Assembly (NCBI GenBank): GCA_051362555.1
Contig: CM120648.1
Location: 18,410,587 to 18,474,586, forward strand
Direction: 5' to 3'
Origin: Lingula anatina
Lineage: Eukaryota > Animalia > Brachiopoda
Length of the DNA: 64,000 nucleotides
Under the pieces are notes generated by a model. That model ran no database searches. It was not told the DNA's origin and saw only the letters and a program-made list of their open reading frames with translations. Of this stretch, positions 1 to 12,300 are shown piece by piece; position 1 is the stretch's first letter, and the number at the start of each line of letters is the position of its first letter. The translations under genes and the position numbers were made by a program.

Positions 1-1
1 A

Positions 2-642
2 AACCTACCTGGTGGCAGTGACCCAGAACCTTTACCTCCACAGCCTGATTCACCAGATTGGTGCATGTGTGGTGCATGTGTAGAAATGCCCACTGAAGCA
101 GAGAGGCTGTGTTGTCAAAAGCCTCCTGCTGAGTGTAAAAGCAGAGACCCTGTAAGTGGCTAAGAATGTTTAAAATGCAGGTGTAATGTTTACAATTTTT
201 AAGAAGAAATGTTTCATTCGACATTTATTTGTAATATCTTCCTCATGTTGTATAATGACAAATTAAAATCAATTAAAAATGCAGTTATGATTAACATGTT
301 TCTTTCTTACAATCATGAACTTAGTTTTTTTTTATTATTTTTTTGTTGTTATTTTATTTGCAGGTAATGGAATTAAATGTAACAGACGAATTTCATCTTG
401 GGATTATGCGAGTAGCAAGGGGGGACATCCTGGGCTTCCAAAATGAAGATAGGCAGCCAGGAGAAGAGGACAATGCTGCCATGCGGCACAATGCCTATCG
501 TAGTTTCATAATGTGGCAATATAACAGGCTTACTCCTGGTGACCGCAGAGTAATTCCGTCCTGTTGTGTTTGGTTCATTAGGAATAAGTTCCCCTCTCCC
601 ACAGGTCAGTATAGGGGATTTGATCCAGGGCGTATAGTTTAG
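2..642 (+). CDS. 3' part of Kolobok accessory (KolX-type) protein, P2X7 C-terminal ballast/Nanor-like Cys-rich domain; exons 2-151 and 364-642
   Basis: Spliced translation PDWCMCGACVEMPTEAERLCCQKPPAECKSRDP|VMELNV...RHNAYRSFIMWQY...GDRRVIPSCCVWFIRNKFPSPTGQYRGF. Donor GTAAGT at 152, acceptor TTGCAG ending 363, phase 0. Convergent with the transposase. 5' part lies outside the window. Confidence 0.8.
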
Positions 643-1724
643 AAGAGCAATGGACAGGGGATGGGAATGGGCCATCTCCCACTCATCCATTGGTGACTTG
701 CTGCAGCAGTAAGGGGATGGGAATGGGCCATCTCCCACTCACCTGCTGTGTATGTCCACTGCATTTGTCTGCTAATAAGTTCAATAGATTTTTTATGATT
801 AAAGAACAACAATTGTCACCAGGAGTTAGTCTGTTTACATGTCATTCTTTTCAAACATATAGTTTATTTTCTACATCATGTGTTATCAAACTCTCTGTGG
901 ATATCTGAGATTCAAATCTGGTTATCATTTCCTTATTGGTTTTAGTGTAGAAATTTGTATTTCAAGATGTCTTAGAAGATAAGATTGTGTACTTGTTGCA
1001 CTTTTACTAGAAGTCATGCATTAATTAGTACCACCAGTCGGGCGCCGGAAACAAGTCACCGTTACCGCTTCTCCTCCTAGACCGCAAGGACCTGTGTCCC
1101 CATCTCTTGGATTTAGGTCACATATAATCTCAACTTGAACACCCTGGTTTTTTTGTCTCCGTCGGTGCACTGGCCTGGGCGTGACGCTTGTTGAAATGCA
1201 CCCATGTCAAAATTTTTGAAAATTCAATGCTAAATATCTCCCAAACCAAAGGAATTATGGGAAAAATTACTACAGAAGTCTGACCGAAAGTCATATGTGG
1301 AGATTCCAAATATGCCCTTGGATTTGACTTTTGACCTTTTTTTCAAGGTCAAACAAGCCAAAATTTTCTAAAAATGGGAATTTTCTGTAAAAAAATATTT
1401 GTTTGTGCTAATTTTTGGAAACTACGCAGCCCTAAGCTCTCCTGTTATAGTGAGGGGTTACCATTGGGGACTCCTTTCATCTGTGAGAGTTTGGGGTCAA
1501 TAAGTGCATTTTCACGCGAGTAGAAGCCATTAGATACTGAAACTGAAAACTCGCTCTAAATCTGGAACGGTAAATGCCAGAGACCTCTTTTTTATTGCAT
1601 TTTGTAGACCTTGTCAAGTGCAATACTGGGGGTGGTGTCCATTTTTTGTTTTTGATATGGCTTAGGCGTTGCCCTATATCAAAAATTACAACATTACAAT
1701 ATTCAGTGGGGAAAATGTGAAATA

Positions 1725-2600
1725 CTCCAAAATTAGCAGAGATACGCCCATAGTTACTATTGAACTTGAATAGGAAGTCATATACTGGTAATCTAACTGT
1801 GACCTTGAAATTGACCTTTGACCTACTTTTCATTATGAACTGCACTTTGCAAGTTTTCTGATCTTTATATCTCCAAAACTGGCAAAGATATGCCCATAGT
1901 TACTATTGAACTTGAATAGGAAGTCGTATACTAGTAATCTAACTGTGACCTTGAAATTGACCTTTGACATACTTTTCAGTACTGCACTTTGCAAGTTTTC
2001 TGATCTTTATATATCCAAAACTGGCAAAGATACGCCCATAGTTACTATTGAACTTTAATAGGAAGTTATATACTGGTATTCTAACTGTGACCTTGAAATT
2101 GACCTTTGACCTACTTTTCACCATGAACTGAACTTTGCAAATTTTTCAACCCTTATATCTCCAAAACTGGCAGAGATACACCCATAGTTACTATTGAACT
2201 TTAATAGGAAGTCATATACTGGCAGTCTTATTGTGACCTTGGAATTGACCTTTGACCTACTTTTCACCATGAACTGAACTTTGCAAATTTTCTATCCCTT
2301 ATATCTCGGAAACTGGCAGAGATAAGTCCAAAGTTACTATTGAACTTGAATAGGAAGTCATATACTGGCAATCTTACTGTGACCTTTGACCTACTATTTA
2401 TGATGAACTGCACTTTGCATGTTTCCTGGCCTTCATATCTCCAAAATTGGCAAAGAAATGCCCATAGCTACTATTGAACTTCTATAGGAAGTCATATACT
2501 GTGACCTTGAAATTGACCTTTGACCTACTTTTTCACCACAAACTGAACTCTGCATATTTTCTTGCCCCTCATATCTTCAAAACTAGCAGAGATCTGCCTA
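1725..2600. repeat. Tandem array, about 6 units of 134-146 bp
   Basis: CTCCAAAACTGGCAGAGATACGCCCATAGTTACTATTGAAC-like unit starts at about 1725, 1871, 2013, 2159, 2305, 2439, 2575. Confidence 0.85.
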
Positions 2601-2766
2601 CTGTTGTCCCAAGGTTTTCTCTTTTGTCAGCAAATATGCAATACTGATAACGCATTTCAAGGAAAACCAATAGGCCTATTGTCTAGAAAATCACAGGAGT
2701 CATCAGTGTTAGGAAAATACAGCTCAATTTGAACATCTGCTTGATTTGAACAGTTATGTTTGTTCG

Positions 2767-2767
<1 letters not shown>

Positions 2768-2822
<55 letters not shown>
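2768..2822. repeat. (TA)n microsatellite
   Basis: Seen directly. Confidence 0.95.
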
Positions 2823-2830
<8 letters not shown>

Positions 2831-3718
2831 TTTTGCATATTTTGAGAACTCTTGTTTATTGCATTTTATAGAGCTTGTCAAGCACAAGACTGGTGGTGGT
2901 GTTCATTTTTGGGGGGGCGGGGTTTCCATGAGAATGCGCTTACTCCAGCTGGTGGTACAATATCCAGAGGCGGTATCGCCTCTCTGATCCTCTAGTTGAT
3001 ATATAGTTATCAGTTTATCATGTGCGCCATTTTAAATCTGTTGTTGATTTAAGATATACTCATCATTCTTGTAATTTTGATTACATAAAAATGTCAGTGT
3101 CTAATCTTTTAAATGTTAAAAGTTTGTTTTTTGGTATGTGACTCCATGTGTATATAACTTCATATTTTAAAAATGCCTTTCATGGCTTAGTATAGATAAT
3201 TATTTATTTATAGTATAGATATTTATTACTTATTCAACATCATCTTTCAAGATAAGTTTGTGTTGAGATATTGTATAAAAGAAACACATCAATTAATATA
3301 ATGTTATCAGATTACCAAGAGGCCTGTTTTAAATCTGTTTAAACAGTAAAGTAGAGATTATTATCATTTTTATTTATCAGTGTAATCAATGTTGGTTTAT
3401 GATTAGGGAAGTAAGAAAAACAGCTATGGTAAAGTTACATTTATTTTCTACATTTAAAACATTAAACTGTATGAAGTCTGCTCATACTTGTAACTGTTAT
3501 CAATAATTGTCAAAAGCAAGATCTTGCAATGAATGAACATGCATGCTGGCATTAAACTATTTTATCTAATTTATATGTTCATAAAGTGAGCATCTCTTGT
3601 AAATAATGGAGATTTACAGTGCTTATTCTTTTCTGCAGATCACATTACTGAACATGAACTATATTCAATGTAATAACTGTATTCACTGCTGAGACTGATA
3701 AAAAAAATGTCACAAAAT

Positions 3719-6700
3719 TTACTTAAATCTGGACTTTCTGTCTCTGACTAGAACATCTTTGGGGGGTGCAGGGACTGGGGCTGTATTTGGCCCAAGGTTC
3801 CTTGGGTCCCATGGTTCCAACAGCACCCTAGCTGCTAAAGGCCGTGCACTTGTCATTCTCATGTCAAATGCCAGAGTTTGTAAGATGTGGATGTAGTCAT
3901 AAGTCTTTCTAATGGCTTGAGGTTTCACTATCCATGATTTGGCATGTTTGCTGTAACACTTAGTATACCTGAAATAAAACAGTGGCAAGACTTTAATTCG
4001 TTTTCAAGAAAATGACTTTGCATGTAATAACCTTTAAAATATGAGTTTACAAGTGAAAATAACCATAGTAACAAGTTTTCTTTGGCACATAGACTTTAAA
4101 AACGGAATTATATATTAATTTTTGCTGTTTACCTTATTTCACCGGATTCCAAGTCAACTGCAGCTCCTCTATCCTTATGGTTCTGATAATCCATGACTGC
4201 CAAGTAATTACGTGCCCTGTATCCAGGTGGCTTGTAGGAATTTCTTTGTGAGCAATACATTAGAATGTGAGAGTTAATACTCTCAATGTGTCCCGTGTGT
4301 CTAAAAAAAAAGAAAAACAAAAAATTGAACATCCAGTTATTTGTAATAAGCGGTGTTATTTATTGGTTTCTATCAATGGAGTCATATTTGGCATTGAAAT
4401 AATACCCTTGCCTTGAATTGAAATAAAAAACTTTGCAATCAATTACAAATACCAACAAAAATAATTAACACCATTGTTAATTTTTGTTCTTTTCCACACC
4501 TGTTATTGACATAGTGTCCAATGTCCTTTTGGAATCTTTTGTTAAGTAGAATCTGCCCCAATGCAGCCAGTCCCTGTGAAGATGGTTCCAACCACTTCTT
4601 CATTCTCTCTTCATCAGGCGGTAGGGGGTTGTGTTCACACTTGGCTGTCCAAAAACCATCACCTGATAACCATTCGTGCTCATTTTGCACATGGTGCATT
4701 GCACCTCTCCACTTTGACTAAATAAAAAATCAGAATTCATTTAGTAAACAAGAAATGTGAAAAATTAAAAATGTCTATATAGGCAGTTCAAAAGAAACAA
4801 TGAACATTTCTTGTCAATGATGTTAAAGGCAGGATCAAACTCACCAGGAACTTTCCATGACTTCCCTCACAAGTCCTAGCACATTCCCAAAAATGGGTGC
4901 ATAAGTCCTTGCTCCATGGGATAATATCGCGCGTAGCCTTTTTCTGTCCTGCCTGTGATTGTAAATAAGATGTCATTTTAAACATGGAAATATACCAATA
5001 TGCAGCATTCAATGTTTTGTACAAGTATTTTATGTTTATATTTTTAACAATGTTTTGGTTTATTTGTGAAAATAACTACCTGCCAGATAAGAATTATTTT
5101 CAGGAATTAATCAGCATCAAAATAAGACATTCGTAAATTAAAATTCTATGGGTCACTGTTGGTCTTTATACAATTTGATCAAAATAGATAAATTTCAAAA
5201 CTTACCGCAATAATTTTCTTTGCTAAGTTTTTGGTACCATGCCACACATCCCAAGAATGTTTCATGCCAGGCTCGTTTTTCCCTAAAATTTCAGATATAA
5301 AAAATTATCATGTCACAACAGTGGCATTTTGTGTAAGGGGAAATCAAACTTGCTCTTTATTGTTAATTTGAACTTGGACAACAATTGAGGTTGCATTACT
5401 TGTTTGTCAATGTCATCACATAAAGATATGTTTGAACTTACTTATATGTGCAGCAATGCTAACATGAGCATCCGTGACAATCTCCACTACATTGATACCC
5501 CTCTCTCTAAGGAACCTGAGTGACCTCAGCAAGCCCTCTTTCTCCATGGCATTGCTATTTAGTTGGGTTTCTTTCTTCTCTACAACTTGAATGTCCAGGA
5601 CATCCCCTGTCTCATAATTTGTGACTACATAAGTACAGTACTGGGCACTGTGTCCTGGACTATCCATCCTTCCATCACCTGAAAATATATACAGTTTTCC
5701 ATCAAAAATCCATAACACTCATTTGAGGCAAAATATTTATTTGTTATAAATACTTGAGACACTATTTTACCAATTTCTCTTGTCTTATTTTAATTGTTAA
5801 GTAATACATCAGAGATATCTTCATACCAGCAATAATCACTTCCTTATTTTGGCAAGAGGCAAGGATCTCATCTTGCATTTGTCGAAAATGGTGTTCTACA
5901 GCAGGTATGCCATAATCCCTCTGTATAGCATAATAGGTCTTCTCACTAACAAATCCACTGTTCATCCACTGGGACATAAACCGAACTTTCCTGTAATTGT
6001 TCCCACTAAACAGAAGACTAGTGGACCAGAAAAAATCCCCAGCCAACATGCCTAGGTTCAACTTGGGTTGAGAGCACCACTGACCACCTTCATGGCCATC
6101 TGGGCATGACTGAAAAAAAAAAAAAGAAATATATTTCAATTTCTTATCAAGATATGCAAATGCCCACCTGAAAATTAATTATAAAAAATGTGTTAAAATT
6201 GTTTACATTTTGATCATATGAAAAAATGCTGTACATTAATGTTTCAAATGTGCATCTTAATGTGGTGTGTAAACATATTACAAAATTACATTAGTGTAAT
6301 ACATTTGACCGGTTTTCTGCATGAAAATATGATATATAAAAGAGAAGATTTTAGAAAAACTGTATTAATAATAATGGACATAAGCAGTGTATGTGTGACA
6401 AGATTATAGGCCCACTGTTTGAGGATACCAGCACATAGTCATTGATAATAATCTTATTACATCTCACGTTTAATAAAAAATAAAACCTATATCCTACTTA
6501 GGGTAATGAGAGACTAAAACCTGTGATACTTCATTTAAATTCCTGAATGTTCTTTAAAATTATTACTTAATGGTAGAAGACTTGGTACAATTTACTAACC
6601 CCGTATTACAATGTAGTCACAAAGGTCTTTTACCTGAAATAGTGCCTTAATTTTATATTTATTAATTAAATATCCAGTGAGAGCAAGGGAGACCACCCCT

Positions 6701-9047
6701 CACCTCTGCAGCTTCAATATAGCTTGTAACTCAGTTGAACTCCCCGTATCAGAAAGACAGAGCACCATCGTAAATAATATCAGAAATACATTTATAAAGA
6801 TTAACCCAAGAAATATTTTGGTTATAATCATAGATATTCTGAAATAAAGTGAAAAGGACAATGTAACCTACCCACTTCACATATGTTCCTGTGCCAGACT
6901 TCTGAAAGGACACCACATACTTTTTGCTGCAAGGGCAAGGTGGCAACAACTCTTCCAATAGCAGTCTAGTAGATGATTCATAAGTCAGAAAACAACTTTG
7001 CCCCACAATTTCTTCAGCTGATGTCACTTTACTGAACAGCTTGCTGCCATCAGGAATAGGGCCTATCTCTACTTCCTCATCTCCAGGTAAAATATCATCA
7101 TCTTCAGTGACTGTTGGCAGTTTCATCACCTCTTCAATATTGTTGTGTCTGGAATAAATATATACGTTTTATTTATTTTTTTTAAATACCTTTGTCACAA
7201 AATAGTATATATAGTAATTTCAAGTCTATTAATGGGAATTCATGTACATTTGCACATTGCATGTGTAATAACTTTGGAATTTTGATATGAAACTAATGAA
7301 ATATCTCCACACATCCCCCCCCCCCCCCAAAAAAAAAAGGTATTAAGTTAAAAATTATAATTATATCAAAACATATAGAGGGGATTGTAAAAAAAATATA
7401 CGCACTGGAAAGTTATGTCAGCTTTGTAATTTGGATAGGTATCATCATCATTATCCTCATTATATTCATCTTCAATTTCTTCATATGTGAGATTAACACT
7501 GAAATGAAAAGAAAGTCCAGTTGGCAATGAGGATGTAACTATACTACATATGTATTAAATGACAGGTGGAGTCATACCAGATTTCATAATACTTGACAAA
7601 TACAAAAGTTAATGAAATAAACTATTTTTTCACAGTTATAACTAAAAAGGAGGTAAACATACCTCATATCATTGGGATCAAACATGGAAACTTTGCTTTC
7701 CCTTGCAGCTGCTTCTGGTCCACTACCAGCACTTTCTACACCTGACATGGGTGCACTGAATAAAGGAAATAAAAAAAAAATTAATATTTTTAGTAAAACA
7801 CTTCACGTGCTATTGGATATAGCTCAAACTAACTGGTGGTATAAGTCCCATGGCAAAACAGCCATCGGACTTATAAAACTTGTAAAATAGTATCATATTA
7901 AAGGCTCCATTACCCATGGATGTCATCAGTCTTCACTGATCATTGTAACTCAATATGTACTCTTCCTGAATACAGTTTCAGAAAAGCTGGTGATTATATG
8001 AGTATGTTGGAAACAAAAAGTGACAGTCATTCAGATTGCACCAGAGAGAGTTCTTACAGAGGTGGATCCATCTACACAGACCAATGGTATCTATGACAAT
8101 GGGGTCAAATAATAACATGCATTACACTTGTTTCTATTGCAAGGTTTACAATGAATGGTGAAATAAACAGCTATTACAGGACTGGCAAGATTTTTTGTGA
8201 AAGCATGCGCTCTGGATAAGTAAAGTTTATGTGAAAAAAATAAATTACAAGTAAAACATAGTCTAATGGAAATCAATTACTTAGTTCAGACCAGTATCAG
8301 ATTGGGAGGACATGAAGATTTCTAATAATGCAGGTCCTCCAGACCGTCAGAGCCTAAAAATTTATCCTGATGGCTGTTAAGTTATCAAACACTTACTCTG
8401 ACTCTGATTTTGACTCAATGTCACTCAACTGTATTGGGGGCAGTGGTTTTGAGCTGGCTGTGGGGGTACTGGTAGGCCTACTGGTAGATGTCCGCTGTGC
8501 ATAATACCTGCAGGGTTTTAAAAAATTACCATGACGGCGTGAGTCATTATATCCCGGCATTAAACAATTCAAAACGTTTATGGCGAATAAAATTTAAATC
8601 ATGGATGTTTACCTCGCTTACATACTCCAAAATTAATGTGCACACAATCTAAGATTGTAGGCTACTTGTAGTGGGGAGATAGAGTCAAGTAGGACATTAC
8701 GTAAGAAAGTGAGAATCTAGCCGTTTTGATACAAACCTGCCCACACTTCTTCCCTAAATAAATATACTCAAAACATTCTACGTGCGACACGGGTGCTCTG
8801 CCTAAAATGTATCGTGACATTTTCTACAATTCATTTGAGATCGTACTAACCTGTCCAACAGAATTTTCGCAAGTCGCTCGTGTGTTAGTTTTAGTTCATT
8901 TTTTAGCTCAGTCCATCTAGTTGATTGGCTTCCCAGTGAGATCAACGTTCTCTGCTTTTCCCTTTCTCTTTTTCTCTCTTTTTTCACTGGCGTGGGGAGT
9001 TTTTTCCTCCCTCTTTTCAATCCACGTGTAGTCGGAGTACCCTCCAT
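3719..9047 (-). CDS. Kolobok-type DDE transposase, about 12 exons
   Basis: Exons approx 9047-8851, 8507-8397, 7759-7663, 7498-7404, 7148-6871, 6109-5827, 5678-5442, 5282-5206, 4952-4845, 4718-4499, 4299-4133, 3968-3719. Motifs GDGRMDSPGHSAQYCTY, IVTDAH, HSWDVWHG, HFWECA, HHVQNEHEW, HTGHIESINS and terminal SRFK*. The small upstream exons are less certain. Confidence 0.8.
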
Positions 9048-9359
9048 ATTGGATTACATTAACATCCGGGTCTTCGTCATACCGTAGTAAAAGTGCTAGT
9101 AGTATTCAGTCATATGCAAATTGAGGCACGTCCCAGAATTCCACGCGTAGGGGAGTAATGGCGAGAAGTTTAGACGAAAAAAAAAAAAATGCTGCGCTTT
9201 TTTTCTTTAAGTGATCTTAAAAACCTATACCTTGACCTTTATTTTCTCAACGGTTCCGTGTGAGACATGCTTCAGGGTTCAGGATCAAATAGGTAAAGTT
9301 TCAGAGAAAGGCCTATTTAAGCGTCTACAGCGGAAAGACATCCTTTAATGTTTATATAC

Positions 9360-12300
9360 CTTGTGATGATGTATGCACCTTCTTCTTTCTACTGGATGAA
9401 CCGGTTGCTGAAATCGGCATTTACATGTTAAAATTAGCTGATATAAATAATAATAATCAAAATGCATTTTGATCAAGTGATTATGTAATGTCCTAAATTC
9501 ATGTGTTAAAATGGGTGATGTAATTATACATTAAAATATGCAAGTAATCAGAAGCAGTTAACACTGATTGGAAAACATAAAATAAATACATATATTTTAA
9601 TAAAATCTAAAATTAAATATAATAAATACCTCTTCTTTTAAATGGTACATGGCAGGAATGTTCATAGCTAACAAAGAAAATAGCAATACTATATATGAAC
9701 ATATGATGATTACCTTTCCCTGATGTTAACAAATAATATATCTGTATAAGGATGGGTCCCACTCTACAGTTACTCTTGTAAAGTGTAATCTGCATAACTG
9801 AATGACATGCCTCCTCCAGCGGCTACAGGGTACTGAACTTGCATGTGTGCTCAGATTAATTACCTCCTAGGTGTTGAAGAAGGCAAGTCACACAGTAAAG
9901 TTATAAGGATCTCACACAGAGTTGTACCAACCCAACTTAATGTAATAGGCTGTGTTTCCCTGTATAAGGATCTAAGAGATTGCATTCTTTTAATTTTAAT
10001 TTCAATGTTTCTCTCAATATGATAATTTATATTGTTTTACTTACAACTTTAAAACAGATGGATTAGAATATATATGCAATAAGCACCTGTTCTTAAGCCC
10101 GTTTCATGACTAGAATCTGTAGCTTGCACGTCTTCATGCCTAGTATAGATGGAGGTGGATTCTGCATTACTATCATTCCTAGTATAGATGGAGGTGGATT
10201 CTGCATTACTATCATTCCTAGTATTCATGGAGGTGGATTCTGCATTACTATCATTCCTAGTATTCATGGAGGTGGATTCTGCATTACTATCATTCCTAGT
10301 ATAGATGGAGGTGGATTCTGCATTACTATCATTCGTAGTATTCATGGAGGTGGATTCTGCATTACTATCATTCCTAGTATAGATGGAGGTGGATTCTGCA
10401 TTACTATCATTCCTAGTATTCATGGAGGTGGATTCTGCATTACTATCATTCCTAGTATTCATGGAGGTGGATTCTGCATTACTATCATTCCTAGTATTCA
10501 TGGAGGTGGATTCTGCATTACTATCATTCCTAGTATTCATGGAGGTGGATTCTGCATTACTATCATTCGTAGTATTCATGGAGGTGGATTCTGCATTACT
10601 ATCATTCCTAGTATAAATGGAGGTGGATTCTGCATTACTATCATTCCTAGTATTCATGGAGGTGGATTCTGCATTACTATCATTCCTAGTATTCATGGAG
10701 GTGGATTCTGCATTACTATCATTCCTAGTATAGATGGAGGTGGATTATGCATTACTATCATTCCTAGTATAGATGGAGGTGGATTATGCATTACTATCAT
10801 TCCTAGTATGGATGGAGGTGGATTCTGCATTACTATCATTCCTAGTATAGATGGAGGTGGATTCTGCATTACTATCATTCCTAGTATTCATGGAGGTGGA
10901 TTCTGCATTACTATCATTCCTAGTATTCATGGAGGTGGATTCTGCATTACTATCATTCCTAGTATAGATGGAGGTGGATTCTGCATTACTATCATTCCTA
11001 GTATTCATGGAGGTGGATTCTGCATTACTATCATTCCTAGTATAGATGGAGGTGGATTCTGCATTACTATCATTCCTAGTATTCATGGAGGTGGATTCTG
11101 CATTACTATCATTCCTAGTATAGATGGAGGTGGATTCTGCATTACTATCATTCCTAGTATTCATGGAGGTGGATTCTGCATTACTATCATTCCTAGTATA
11201 GATGGAGGTGGATTCTGCATTACTATCATTCCTAGTATAGATGGAGGTGGATTCTGCATTACTATCATTCCTAGTATAGATGGAGGTGGATACTGCATTA
11301 CTATCATTCGTAGTATTCATGGAGGTGGATTCTGCATTACTATCATTCCTAGTATAAATGGAGGTGGATTCTGCATTACTATCATTCCTAGTATTCATGG
11401 AGGTGGATTCTGCATTACTATCATTCCTAGTATTCATGGAGGTGGATTCTGCATTACTATCATTCCTAGTATAGATGGAGGTGGATTATGCATTACTATC
11501 ATTCCTAGTATGGATGGAGGTGGATTCTGCATTACTATCATTCCTAGTATTCATGGAGGTGGATTCTGCATTACTATCATTCCTAGTATTCATGGAGGTG
11601 GATTCTGCATTACTATCATTCCTAGTATTCATGGAGGTGGATTCTGCATTACTATCATTCCTAGTATAGATGGAGGTGGATTCTGCATTACTATCATTCC
11701 TAGTATTCATGGAGGTGGATTCTGCATTACTATCATTCCTAGTATAGATGGAGGTGGATTCTGCATTACTATCATTCCTAGTATTCATGGAGGTGGATTC
11801 TGCATTACTATCATTCCTAGTATAGATGGAGGTGGATTCTGCATTACTATCATTCCTAGTATAGATGGAGGTGGATTCTGCATTACTATCATTCCTAGTA
11901 TAGATGGAGGTGGATTCTGCATTACTATCATTCCTAGTATAGATGGAGGTGGATTCTGCATTACTATCTTTCTTAGTATTCATGGAGGTGGATTCTGCAT
12001 TACTATCATTCCTAGTATTCATGGAGGTGGATTCTGCATTACTATCATTCCTAGTATTCATGGAGGTGGATTCTGCATTACTATCATTCCTAGTATTCAT
12101 GGAGGTGGATTCTGCATTACTATCATTCCTAGTATTCATGGAGGTGGATTCTGCATTACTATCATTCCTAGTATTCATGGAGGTGGATTCTGCATTACTA
12201 TCATTCCTAGTATAGATGGAGGTGGATTCTGCATTACTATCATTCCTAGTATAGATGGAGGTGGATTCTGCATTACTATCATTCCTAGTATTCATGGAGG

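Larger units (their letters stand above)
1021..2997 (+). mobile_element. Non-autonomous Helentron-type element (HINE/DINE-1-like) with internal ~146-bp tandem repeats
   Basis: Subterminal inverted repeats GTACCACCAG (1028-1037) and CTGGTGGTAC (2949-2958); 3' hairpin AGAGGCG-GTAT-CGCCTCT (2966-2983); CTAGTT end; no TSD; about 6 diverged TGACCTTGA-containing units at 1725-2600. Confidence 0.65.
1..9344 (-). mobile_element. Kolobok-superfamily DNA transposon (one end in window)
   Basis: Spliced DDE transposase on -, convergent Cys-rich ORF on +. Terminus ...GGAAAGACATCCT (9344) is followed by TTAA (9345-9348), matching the AGG..CCT ends and TTAA target of Kolobok. The other end would be left of position 1. 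Confidence 0.75.

Noticed and set aside
2-642. Host P2X7 receptor gene
   Set aside because: Only the ballast-like domain is visible and it is paired with a Kolobok transposase; channel exons are not seen, though the 5' end is outside the window.
657-741. Duplicated 28-mer GGGGATGGGAATGGGCCATCTCCCACTC in the 3' UTR
   Set aside because: Real, but a simple local duplication with no supportable function.
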